Source: Pseudomonadota bacterium
Lineage (GTDB): Bacteria > Pseudomonadota > Alphaproteobacteria > Rickettsiales > UBA1997
DNA: 59,723 nt
NCBI GenBank assembly: GCA_040384945.1
Contig: JAZKII010000013.1
Coordinates: 1 to 59,723, forward strand
Reading direction: 5' to 3'
The notes beneath the pieces were generated by a model. The model did not search any database and was not told the DNA's origin. It saw nothing but the letters and a program-made list of their open reading frames with translations. The position numbers were made by a program, and so were the translations under genes. This document shows, one piece after another, positions 34,989 to 44,245 of the stretch (the stretch's first letter is position 1; each line of letters opens with the position of its first letter).

Positions 34989-36095
34989 CTATATTTTTAA
35001 CGCCACTTTACCAAAATTAATCACGATTTTATCCGCCAGTTCCAACTGCACCAAGGCAATATTTACCAGTTTAGTCGGAATTTGCAGCTGGTTAATAATT
35101 TCATCAATCGCGATTGGTGCTACACTTAGTTTTGAAAAAATTTCCTGACGTATTTTTTTCACATCATCATCGCTTGGTAATTTTGCAATTGGAGCTACGA
35201 ATTCTTCCAAATCAGGTTCACGCAATATCCTAGAACTTCGCAATCGTGATTTTAATTTTGGCAATTCATCTAAAATATCAGTAATCGATTCAATCATTTT
35301 CGCCCCATCTTTTATCAAGCGATTTGTGCCGTGACAGCGCGGATCAAAGGGCGAACCTGGCATGGCAAAAACTTCGCGGCCTTGTTCTTGAGCAAATCTG
35401 GCCGTAATCAAACTTCCGGAACGCAAGCCAGCTTCCAGCACAATTACACCAAGTGAAAGCCCGGAAATTATGCGATTACGCTGCACAAAATTTCCTCCTT
35501 TTGGTGGCATGCCAAAAGCATTTTCCGAAACCAGCAAACCATGTTTCAAAATTTCGCTGTAAAGATGTTCATTTTCTTTGGGATAAATATGATTAATTCC
35601 ACCCGCAATCACCGCAATTGTGCCACTTAAAATCGAAGCTTCGTGCGCTGCAGAATCAACGCCACGCGCCATTCCCGAAACTGTAACGATAGAATTTTGT
35701 CCCAACTCTAATGCTAGTTTTTTGGCAAAAGTAATTGCATTAAATGAAGCATTTCTTGGGCCCACAATAGCAATTGTATCGCGGTTAAAAAACTCGACAT
35801 CACCATGCACAGTTAGAACTGGCGCCGGATCAGGAATTTTTTGCAATAATTTGGGATATTTTTCTTCAGAAAAAATCAGGATTTCGGCGCCGAAATTTTC
35901 GGTATTTATCATCTCATTTTCAGCATCTTCAATCGTGCAAACCTTGATTTTGCGTTTTAATCCTCCCGCCGCCGCATAATCAGCAACTTGCTCGAGAGCA
36001 TTTTCAACTGAGCCGAAAATTTCAATTAAACGGAAAAAAGTTGATTTGCCGATATTTTCACTGCGGGCAAGACGCAGCCAGTTTATTTTATTCAT
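34989..36095 (-). CDS. dprA: DNA-processing protein DprA (Smf)
   Basis: 368 aa. Rossmann-like DprA core with GMARGVDSAAHEASI and PGSPFDPRCHGTN motifs. Confidence 0.85.
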   Translation of the reverse strand: MNKINWLRLARSENIGKSTFFRLIEIFGSVENALEQVADYAAAGGLKRKIKVCTIEDAENEMINTENFGAEILIFSEEKYPKLLQKIPDPAPVLTVHGDVEFFNRDTIAIVGPRNASFNAITFAKKLALELGQNSIVTVSGMARGVDSAAHEASILSGTIAVIAGGINHIYPKENEHLYSEILKHGLLVSENAFGMPPKGGNFVQRNRIISGLSLGVIVLEAGLRSGSLITARFAQEQGREVFAMPGSPFDPRCHGTNRLIKDGAKMIESITDILDELPKLKSRLRSSRILREPDLEEFVAPIAKLPSDDDVKKIRQEIFSKLSVAPIAIDEIINQLQIPTKLVNIALVQLELADKIVINFGKVALKI

Positions 36096-36132
36096 GGTGT
36101 TGGTTTAATTTTTGGTGAAAATTTAAAACTTT

Positions 36133-36900
36133 TTAGCTTTTGATTCTGTAACCTTTTTTGATCAGGAAATATAGAATAATTCCTAAAATCAGGTTAATGC
36201 TGACAATGTAGATAATACCTGTCAACAAATTTCCGTCATGATGTCCGGTTAAACCAAAACGAAATCCGTCAATCATGTAGAAAAAAGGATTAAAATGCGA
36301 AACGCCGCGCCAAAATTCCGGCAAAGCATTGGTTGAATAAAAAGTTCCGGAAAGGAAGGTTAAAGGCGTGATTACATAGCTGGTCATCGCCGACATGTGA
36401 TCGAAAGTTTCCGACATAACGCCGCATAAAACACCGAGCAAACCAAGAAACATGCAGGCGGCAAAAAGATAGAAAAAGGCGTAGGAAAATGAATAAAAAC
36501 TCAGCGGCACAAAAATCAGAATTGCTAAAAATGCTACAATGCCAACGCAAATTCCACGCAGAATCGCGCCAAAAGTAAAAGCAAAAAGCAGTTCAAAAGC
36601 GCCGAGCGGCGGAATTAAATAATCAATCAAATGCCCCATAACTTTTCCCATCACAAAAGAGGAAGAAGAATTGGCAAAAGCATTTTGCATTGATGCCATC
36701 ATGATTAGACCTGCAGCCATGAAAACAGCGAATGGAACACCTTCAATCTCGGCAATATGATTGCCCACTGAAAGTGAAAAAACCGCTAAAAAAAGAATGA
36801 TATTTACTACCGGCGAAAATAAAGTTTGATGATAAACTTTCAAAAAACGCCATACTTCTTTTTTCAACAGCGTAAAGGCTCCAAACCAATTTATTGACAT
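36133..36900 (-). CDS. ABC-2 type transporter permease (YadH-like)
   Basis: 255 aa with ~6 TM segments. The general ABC-2 membrane-protein pattern starts MSINWFGAFTLLKKEVWRFLKVYHQTLFSP. No cognate ATPase is adjacent. Confidence 0.7.
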   Translation of the reverse strand: MSINWFGAFTLLKKEVWRFLKVYHQTLFSPVVNIILFLAVFSLSVGNHIAEIEGVPFAVFMAAGLIMMASMQNAFANSSSSFVMGKVMGHLIDYLIPPLGAFELLFAFTFGAILRGICVGIVAFLAILIFVPLSFYSFSYAFFYLFAACMFLGLLGVLCGVMSETFDHMSAMTSYVITPLTFLSGTFYSTNALPEFWRGVSHFNPFFYMIDGFRFGLTGHHDGNLLTGIIYIVSINLILGIILYFLIKKGYRIKS

Positions 36901-36956
36901 AGAATTGTTGTTAAGTTTTGATTAGAGGTTCAATTCAATTTTCAGATTTTTAAATC

Positions 36957-37979
36957 ATGACCAACTTAGAAACACTTTTATCCGATTTCAATTCGCAAAT
37001 TTCAAAAATTGAAAACAAGCAGCAATTAGAAGAAATCCGCATTAATTTTTTAGGCAAAAAAGGTTTTGTTACCGAACTTTTTTCGCAGTTAAAGAACGTT
37101 GCCAATGAAGAGAAAAAAGCTTTTGGTGCAGCGATTAATCAGGTTCGCGATGAAGTTACCAAAAAAATCGATGCCGCAAAAAACGATTTTGAAAATGCTG
37201 AATTAAATGAAAAATTATCCGGTGAAAAAATTGATTTAAGCGCGCCAACACGTAAGCAAAATCAAGGATTGATTCACCCAATCAATAAAGTGATGCAGGA
37301 AATTGAAGAAATTTTCGGTGAGCTTGGATTTGATTTTGCCCAAGGCCCGGAAATTGAAGATGATTTTCATAATTTCACGGCGCTGAATATGCCGAAAGAC
37401 CATCCGGCGCGCCAAATGCAGGATACTTTTTATCTGGAAAATTCTGAACTTTTACTTCGTACGCACACTTCAAATACGCAAATCAGGAAAATGTTAAATT
37501 CGCAACCGCCTTTGAAAGTTGCGGCTTTAGGTCGAGTTTTCCGTCGCGATTCTGATCAAACTCACACGCCGATGTTTCATCAATTTGAAGGTTTTGTAGT
37601 TGATGAAAATGTGAATATGGGTCACTTGAAATGGACCTTGGAAAATTTTTTAGAAAAGTTTTTTGAAGTGAAAAATGTGGAATTGCGTTTTAGACCGAGC
37701 TTCTTTCCTTTTACCGAGCCGTCAGCGGAAGTTGATATAAATTATTCGGTGGAAAATGGTCGTATTAAGATTGGCAAAGGAGATAAGTTTATGGAAATTT
37801 TAGGCTGCGGAATGATTCATCCAAATGTTCTAAAAAACTGCAATATTGATCCGGAAAAATATCAGGGCTTCGCCTTTGGAATCGGGATTGAACGCCTTGC
37901 GATGTTAAAATATGGCATCACCGATTTACGCATGTTTTTTGAAAATGATGTCAGGTTTTTGAAGCATTACGGGTTTTAG
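36957..37979 (+). CDS. pheS: phenylalanine--tRNA ligase alpha subunit
   Basis: 340 aa. Class II aaRS motifs (HPARQMQDTFY, FRRDSDQTHTPMFHQFEG, GFAFGIGIERL). pheT does not follow. Confidence 0.95.
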   Translation: MTNLETLLSDFNSQISKIENKQQLEEIRINFLGKKGFVTELFSQLKNVANEEKKAFGAAINQVRDEVTKKIDAAKNDFENAELNEKLSGEKIDLSAPTRKQNQGLIHPINKVMQEIEEIFGELGFDFAQGPEIEDDFHNFTALNMPKDHPARQMQDTFYLENSELLLRTHTSNTQIRKMLNSQPPLKVAALGRVFRRDSDQTHTPMFHQFEGFVVDENVNMGHLKWTLENFLEKFFEVKNVELRFRPSFFPFTEPSAEVDINYSVENGRIKIGKGDKFMEILGCGMIHPNVLKNCNIDPEKYQGFAFGIGIERLAMLKYGITDLRMFFENDVRFLKHYGF

Positions 37980-37987
37980 TTTTTTTT

Positions 37988-38115
37988 AGTATCGAGCGCG
38001 CACTTGCGCTGGACTGGGTTTGTAACCCAGTCCACACGTTCAGTTCATTTTAATTAGGCATGAACGTGAGGACGGGATTACAAATCCCGTCCTGCTCCGA
38101 GTCCACTTCCGACCT
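37988..38115. repeat. family-1 double-hairpin (REPIN-like) repeat, copy C (inverted relative to B/D)
   Basis: ...TCGAGCGCGCACTTGCGCTGGACTGGG-TTTGTAA-CCCAGTCCACACGTTCAGTTCATTTTAATTAGGCATGAACGTGAGGACGGGA-TTACAAA-TCCCGTCCTGC...GACCT. By eye, its reverse complement matches copy D closely outside the AT-rich central spacer. Confidence 0.85.
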
Positions 38116-38129
38116 ACTGCCGACTTATT

Positions 38130-40880
38130 CTAAAACATCTGTTTCACCTTTGCCGCCATATAATGCGATTGAAAAGTTGCCCTTTTTTCGAAACCATATT
38201 CCAAACTAAAAATTATATCTTCCACATGATGTGCTTCGATTTCCGCGCCAAGTTTTAAACTGCTGCGATCAACGTGGTAAATTTGTGTAGTGAAGTTTGT
38301 TGTTTGTCCATCAAAGCTACTTACTGTAACCGGTGCATCATTTATAAAACTATAGCCGTAAGAAATTTTCAAAAGCGAATCTACTTTATTTAACTCGGGA
38401 AATTCCGGAATTTTTGTGGTTACAAAACCTAAATTCGTACCAATTCTGCCTTCTAAAAAATTCGCCGAAATATTTTTTACACTTAAATTCAAACTATCCG
38501 CACCTTTCTCGCTGTAGCCTTGAATATTAGTTCGAACAAAACTCATCGCAACTTCCGGGCCAAAATTAAAACCATGTTTTAGCTTCTGCGAAAACCCAGC
38601 TTTGGTTTTGGCGATATAAGTTTGACCATTAAATTTTGCTGTCGCATTTGCATCAACCGCAGTAATTGAACGATTAGAATTATATTGATTCCAGGCAATA
38701 CCAGCAAGGCTGTCGAAGAAATATTTATTAAAATTACAACCGCTGTAAAAATTAATTTGGTAAGTATCAATGACATTATTTTTTGATGAATCGAGTGATT
38801 TTAAATTTGAGCGTGCATAGCTTAAAGCCGCGCCGATTGTGCTTGAATTAGAAAGTTCGCGATCTGCACCAACAGACAATCCGATTGTATTTACTTTGTA
38901 ACCCTCATCATCTTCTATCGCATTTTGGGTTGCAGAATTGCCAAAAGCCTGAGTCCAAATTCCACTTTTTAAATCGGTATTGGCATGAATTTTCCGCAGT
39001 CGGGTTTCAGCGGTTTTTATGGAATTTGTGGCAAGATTGATATTATTGGCGATCATTGCCTTGCTTGATTGTGGAGCTAATTGATTTAGTGATTTTGTGA
39101 TTTCATCACTACTTCCCAAATATTCCTGAAATGCCAATAATTGACCCGTAGAATCAACCCCAATTTCATTAAGATTTTGGTAAATATTTTGGGAATTTTT
39201 ATTACTCGTAACTTCAGAAGCCGCAAGTCGATCAATGTTTAAAATCAAATTATTGGCGCTTGATTGTGTGGTGAATTTTAACAAGCCGTAAATATTTGAA
39301 CTTGCTCCATTTACTGAAATATTTGCATCATTAATTGCATTTATTGATCCACTTCCAGCACTTATGATTGTAAGCTGTGTGCCATCTGCAATATATCCTT
39401 GATCGGCACTTGTAGTAATTTCTAAATTGGAATTTGAATCAATATTTGCCGCACCTAAAACTGTAAAATTTCCGACAGCATTTTCTTTTAATGTAACTGA
39501 TAAAGTATCACCACTTAATAAAGAAAAATCGCCGCTGATTATTTGATTATTGGAACCAATATTAATCACTCCCGAACCACTGCCAGAAAGGCTTCCAAAA
39601 ATTTCTAAATTATCAGTCGCAGAAAAATCAAAATCTCCACCAACTAAAATATTATCGGCATAAATATTGTCAGAATATGTCAAAGAAGAGCCGGAATTTA
39701 TATTTAAATTAGCGAGAGAATTTCCTGAAATTCCAAGTGAATTGGTAGACGTAAAATCAATTCCTGAAATATTTAAAGTTCCATTAGAATCAGATAGGCC
39801 TTGAATTGCGGCGCTAACGGAAGAACCATCACTTAAAGTTAATGTAGAATTTGCATCAAGAAAAACTGTCGCAACTTCAATTTCATTTTCTGAATTTAAA
39901 GTTGCGCCGGAAGTTACGGTTAAATTTGTTAAATCAGAAAATACTGAAGTTTGATTAAAATCTGCAGCGATATTTACATTTCCTAAATCGCCTACAACCT
40001 CGCCACTTATACTTCCGCCGTAAATGTTTAAAGTGCCACCACCCAAATGAATGCCGCCGTTTAAAGTGCCGGAATTATTAATTATTGAATTGGCACCGGA
40101 ATTATAAATCGCATATTTCGTCGCAGTTATCGTGCCGGAATTGGTGATTGCTGAATTGTCGCCTTCTGTAATTATTCCGTAAATACTTGTGCTGCTTTCC
40201 GGCGTGATTGCGCCTGAATTCGTAATTTGAGTGTAATTATCTTTGGCATAAATTCCATGCGAATTGCTGGTAATTGTTCCGGAATTATTGACAGTGCTAA
40301 AATTTGTGGAACTAGCGCCGGAGCCACTTCCGGCGCTAACATAAATTCCGTAAGTTTGCGAAGTTGTAATCGAACCGGAATTGGTAACTGAGTTATTATC
40401 GCCATTTAAATATATGCCGTAAGATGTGCTATTTACTGTAGAAATTATACCGGAATTATTGGCGGAATTACTATTGCCACCCAAATAAATTCCATAAGAA
40501 GTTGTGCCTTGCGTGCTGATGTTTCCTGCATTTATGACATCCGAAAAATTACCAACACTAATGCCACGCCCTGAACTTCCGGTAGTTAAAATTGTGGCGC
40601 CGGAAGAATTTGTAATTTGGTTGTAATTGCCGCTCGACCTAATGCCATAAGCGCTGGAAGTGGCTCCGGAATTTCCGGTTGTGATGGTGAAACTGTTAGT
40701 GATTTTATTGAAAGATGAACTGGTTCCAACGAGAGAACTGATGATTCCGCTGGCACTGGTGGTGATGTCGGAAGGAGTTGTATAATCAGTTTGGCCGGAA
40801 GTTAGAGTAACGGCTCTTGCAGAGTTAGTAATAAATAGCAGACAGCAAAATGCTGAAAAGCGGTGACTTTTTTTAGGCAT
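38130..40880 (-). CDS. autotransporter outer-membrane protein (beta-helical passenger + C-terminal beta-barrel)
   Basis: 916 aa. Signal peptide ...LFITNSARA. The passenger has periodic rungs NSG.I.T....YGIY (SYGIYLGG, SYGIYLNG, TYGIYVSAG, HGIYAKDN...). The C-terminal ~280 aa has alternating-hydrophobic barrel strands and ends ...KVKQMF. Confidence 0.8.
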   Translation of the reverse strand: MPKKSHRFSAFCCLLFITNSARAVTLTSGQTDYTTPSDITTSASGIISSLVGTSSSFNKITNSFTITTGNSGATSSAYGIRSSGNYNQITNSSGATILTTGSSGRGISVGNFSDVINAGNISTQGTTSYGIYLGGNSNSANNSGIISTVNSTSYGIYLNGDNNSVTNSGSITTSQTYGIYVSAGSGSGASSTNFSTVNNSGTITSNSHGIYAKDNYTQITNSGAITPESSTSIYGIITEGDNSAITNSGTITATKYAIYNSGANSIINNSGTLNGGIHLGGGTLNIYGGSISGEVVGDLGNVNIAADFNQTSVFSDLTNLTVTSGATLNSENEIEVATVFLDANSTLTLSDGSSVSAAIQGLSDSNGTLNISGIDFTSTNSLGISGNSLANLNINSGSSLTYSDNIYADNILVGGDFDFSATDNLEIFGSLSGSGSGVINIGSNNQIISGDFSLLSGDTLSVTLKENAVGNFTVLGAANIDSNSNLEITTSADQGYIADGTQLTIISAGSGSINAINDANISVNGASSNIYGLLKFTTQSSANNLILNIDRLAASEVTSNKNSQNIYQNLNEIGVDSTGQLLAFQEYLGSSDEITKSLNQLAPQSSKAMIANNINLATNSIKTAETRLRKIHANTDLKSGIWTQAFGNSATQNAIEDDEGYKVNTIGLSVGADRELSNSSTIGAALSYARSNLKSLDSSKNNVIDTYQINFYSGCNFNKYFFDSLAGIAWNQYNSNRSITAVDANATAKFNGQTYIAKTKAGFSQKLKHGFNFGPEVAMSFVRTNIQGYSEKGADSLNLSVKNISANFLEGRIGTNLGFVTTKIPEFPELNKVDSLLKISYGYSFINDAPVTVSSFDGQTTNFTTQIYHVDRSSLKLGAEIEAHHVEDIIFSLEYGFEKRATFQSHYMAAKVKQMF

Positions 40881-41001
40881 GGGTTTTCGGGTTTTTGTTG
40901 TGTGATGTTTGGTATTGCGGGGCGGTTTTTAAGAAAGGTTTTTAGAAAATGCTAGTAAATTTTATTTTGAGTTTGGCTCAAAAACTCAACTTCACCTCGA
41001 A

Positions 41002-41877
41002 CTAACAAAACTCCGGCTGCTCAGTTTCAATTTTCAGCTTCTTGCCAAAATAATCATCGATCTCAACTTTATAAGCATGTAAGCAAAGTCGTTTACAAAT
41101 ATCTTTGCGTAAAACTTCTTTTCCACCATATTTCACATCATTAATAATCGCATGGCCGATTTCTTTGCAATGAACTCGCAATTGGTGTGTACGGCCAGTT
41201 AATGGTTTTAATTCGAGCAGAGAATGATCAAAAAAACTGCGCAATAATTTATAATCAGTAATCGCTTCTTTTCCTTCCGCAAAATCGGGTTGAACTTTTT
41301 CATTTTTGCCCAAAAGTTTTTTGCGCAACGGAATATTAATTGTGCCTTCCGGTTTTTTTACAATGCCGCGAACTAGCGCCAGATAAGTCTTTTTGATGGT
41401 TTTATTTTTGAAAGCATCAGTCAAAAATTCGGCGGCTTTAGCATTTTTGGCAATTAGTAAAATGCCGCTAGTATCTTTATCCAAACGATGAACCAATTGT
41501 AATTCAGTACCAGCTAAAAAATCATCAACCGAAATTTCAATTCCGCTACCACCTTGAGTAGCAAGGCCCGATGGCTTATTGATGGCGATTAAATTTTCAT
41601 CTTGAAAAATTATCCAGGAAGAAAATTTCTTTAATTTTTCTGAGGAAACTTTCGGTTTTTTGTTTTCCGTGGCGTATCTTTTATTTAATTCGGTGAAAAC
41701 TTCAATCTGGTCTGCTTCATGAGTTTTGTAGGCTGCATCGACTCTCGCGCCGTTTACTTTTATTTTTTTTTCGCGAATTACTTTTTGCGCCAGCCCAAAA
41801 GAAATATCGAATTTTTTGCAAAGATATTTATCAAGACGAAGTCCGGCGAGATCTTTTGTTACCTGAAATAAAGACAC
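41002..41877 (-). CDS. RluA-family 23S rRNA pseudouridine synthase (RluC/RluD-like)
   Basis: 291 aa. N-terminal S4-like domain and catalytic motif HRLDKDTSGILL. Apparent GTG start. Confidence 0.85.
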   Translation of the reverse strand: MSLFQVTKDLAGLRLDKYLCKKFDISFGLAQKVIREKKIKVNGARVDAAYKTHEADQIEVFTELNKRYATENKKPKVSSEKLKKFSSWIIFQDENLIAINKPSGLATQGGSGIEISVDDFLAGTELQLVHRLDKDTSGILLIAKNAKAAEFLTDAFKNKTIKKTYLALVRGIVKKPEGTINIPLRKKLLGKNEKVQPDFAEGKEAITDYKLLRSFFDHSLLELKPLTGRTHQLRVHCKEIGHAIINDVKYGGKEVLRKDICKRLCLHAYKVEIDDYFGKKLKIETEQPEFC

Positions 41878-41878
41878 T

Positions 41879-42277
41879 TTATGAAATGATTAATTTTGTT
41901 GAATAAAAGCCAAAAAATAAGGCCATGATTGAGATTGTGACTGATGCAAATGCATAAAGCAAAGCCTGAGAATATTGTCCGGCGCTGGCGAGGCGGAAAA
42001 AGTCTAAAGAAAAAGCAGAAAAAGTTGTGAAACCGCCGAGGAAGCCGACGAATAAAAATGCTTTTAATCGTGGGTCGAAATTATCGAAATTTTTAATGAC
42101 GAAATAATAGAGAATACCGGCGATCATTGAGCCGAGGACGTTGACAAAAAAAACTCCCCAAGGAAATTTTGCGACTAAAGAATTGTTGGTTTTGACGAGG
42201 GAAGTTATGGCCTCACAAGAAAGATAACGGGCGATGGAACCAAGAGCGCCGCCGATTGCGATTAAAAGAAGGTTCAT
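41879..42277 (-). CDS. crcB: fluoride ion channel CrcB/FluC
   Basis: 132 aa with 4 TM segments. GGALGSIARY and GFLGGFTTFSAF motifs. Confidence 0.85.
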   Translation of the reverse strand: MNLLLIAIGGALGSIARYLSCEAITSLVKTNNSLVAKFPWGVFFVNVLGSMIAGILYYFVIKNFDNFDPRLKAFLFVGFLGGFTTFSAFSLDFFRLASAGQYSQALLYAFASVTISIMALFFGFYSTKLIIS

Positions 42278-42324
42278 AATTTAATGAAGTTTGTGATTTA
42301 AGGATCTATCCTACTCGAAAAAAA

Positions 42325-43482
42325 TTACGCCAGTTTTTTTAACTGCTCAGCTAAATCAGTTTTTTCCCATGAAAAACCGCCATCTGCATCAGGAGTTCTG
42401 CCGAAGTGGCCGTAGGTTGCAGTGCGTTTATAAATCGGGCGGTTTAAAGCCAAATGATTTCTGATTCCACGCGGACTTAAATCAACTAATTCATTAATAA
42501 TTTTCACTAAATCTTCACCGGCAACACCGGTTTTGTGATTATTGACATAAAGTGATAAAGGCTTGGAAACGCCGATTGCGTAAGCGATTTGAATTGTGCA
42601 ACGCTCAGCTAAACCTGCTGCGACCACATTCTTCGCCAAATAGCGCGCCATGTAAGCTGCGGAGCGATCAACTTTAGTCGGATCTTTTCCGGAAAATGCA
42701 CCGCCACCATGTGGAGCTGCGCCGCCGTAAGTATCAACGATAATTTTTCTTCCGGTTAAACCAGCATCGCCGTCGGGTCCACCAATTACGAATTTTCCAG
42801 TCGGATTAACCAAAAACTTTTCTTCATCGCACATCCAACCTTTCGGCAAAGATTTTTCAACATAAGGACGGATTAATTCACGCACTTGCTGCTGCGTAAC
42901 GCCTTCTTTGTGCTGGATTGAAACTAACACCGTTTCAGCGCGAATCGGCAAACCATTTTCATACCATAAAGTCACCTGGCTTTTAGCATCTGAACCCAAG
43001 CCTTTAAGCTCACCAGATCTAACTGCATCCATGATATTGTGTAAAATGCGGTGGGCATAATAAATTGCCGCTGGCATTAAAACTTCAGTTTCGCGGCAGG
43101 CATATCCAAACATAATTCCCTGATCTCCGGCCCCTTCATCTTTAGCGCCTGCAGCATCAACACCGATTGCAATATCAGGAGATTGACCATGAATTAAATT
43201 GGTAATTTCTAACTTGTCATAATGAAAACCATCTTGCTCATAACCGATTTCTTTAACGGCGCGGCGAATAATATTTTCGACATCTTTTTTTAAAATTTCC
43301 GGAGCGCGAATTTCGCCGCCAATTATGACACGATTAGTTGTAGCAAAGGTTTCAATGGCTAAACGGGAATAAGGATCTTTGGCTAAATAAGCATCAACTA
43401 GGGCATCTGAAATTTGATCGCAGATTTTGTCAGGATGGCCTTCCGAAACTGATTCCGAAGTAAATAAAAAGTTTTTTGGCAT
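42325..43482 (-). CDS. metK: S-adenosylmethionine synthetase
   Basis: 385 aa. [14 protein letters not shown] and [19 protein letters not shown] signatures. Confidence 0.95.
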   Translation of the reverse strand: MPKNFLFTSESVSEGHPDKICDQISDALVDAYLAKDPYSRLAIETFATTNRVIIGGEIRAPEILKKDVENIIRRAVKEIGYEQDGFHYDKLEITNLIHGQSPDIAIGVDAAGAKDEGAGDQGIMFGYACRETEVLMPAAIYYAHRILHNIMDAVRSGELKGLGSDAKSQVTLWYENGLPIRAETVLVSIQHKEGVTQQQVRELIRPYVEKSLPKGWMCDEEKFLVNPTGKFVIGGPDGDAGLTGRKIIVDTYGGAAPHGGGAFSGKDPTKVDRSAAYMARYLAKNVVAAGLAERCTIQIAYAIGVSKPLSLYVNNHKTGVAGEDLVKIINELVDLSPRGIRNHLALNRPIYKRTATYGHFGRTPDADGGFSWEKTDLAEQLKKLA

Positions 43483-43545
43483 TGCTTGTAACGAACTTAG
43501 ATATTTCGGAAGGCTTTCCTAAAAAGATAAATAATTTTGAAATCC

Positions 43546-44172
43546 TTAAAAGGCTTTCATGTAACCAATACGAACCGTTGTCAATTGGGCATTTAACAAA
43601 CCCATTCTGCCGGCGTATTTTTGGAAACTTAAACGAATTGCATCGTCTGACATTGGACATGGTTTAAATTGTAAACCAAGACCATAAACCATTTTGGTTT
43701 CGTGAGCTTTGTAGCTTGCACCAACTCCGACTGCTGTGGCATAATGCAATCTGGAATTAATATCTGCAACCCCAAGTTCAGCAAAAGCTTCAAAAGCTTC
43801 ACTCAATGGCACATAACCAAGAGCGGTTAAATTAATTTGGTTCATTTTAAAACGCGCTTCTTGCGACAAAGCGCCGATATTTTGCAAAGTATCATTTTTC
43901 AACTCGGTTTTAGCCCAGTTCAAATTGAAACCTAAATTTTTATGAACACGAAGACTGCCACCGATGGCGATATTTTCAAAATGTCTTAATTGCTGACCAA
44001 AATTATTGGTTTCAAATTCGGAATTAGTGCCGCCATTCGTGATAGTTGGCGCACTATATTCAATAGTTGCGAATGGTTTTAGATAAAAATTATCTGAAAC
44101 TTTAGCTAAAGCCGGAGATGAAAAAAGTGATAAAATCGCGGCGCAATAAGTAACTTTTTTTAATATTTTCAT
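43546..44172 (-). CDS. small outer-membrane beta-barrel protein
   Basis: 208 aa. Signal peptide ...SSPALA, alternating-hydrophobic strands, and a C-terminal ...IGYMKAF with aromatic terminus. Confidence 0.6.
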   Translation of the reverse strand: MKILKKVTYCAAILSLFSSPALAKVSDNFYLKPFATIEYSAPTITNGGTNSEFETNNFGQQLRHFENIAIGGSLRVHKNLGFNLNWAKTELKNDTLQNIGALSQEARFKMNQINLTALGYVPLSEAFEAFAELGVADINSRLHYATAVGVGASYKAHETKMVYGLGLQFKPCPMSDDAIRLSFQKYAGRMGLLNAQLTTVRIGYMKAF

Positions 44173-44245
44173 ATGAGTATTTATTGGTTGTTAAGGGATT
44201 CTTAAAACTTACTTCATAGAACTTTTAGGAGATATTTTTCCCAAA

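Noticed and set aside
42278-42324. Fluoride riboswitch upstream of crcB
   Set aside because: Only 47 nt separate crcB from the metK stop, and the sequence (AT-rich, no GGCGA...CCGCC-type pseudoknot core) does not resemble the crcB motif.
43483-43545. SAM riboswitch upstream of metK
   Set aside because: The 63-nt leader contains only a small GGAA-AGCC-TTCC hairpin. I could not find a SAM-II/SAM-V-like pseudoknot consensus.
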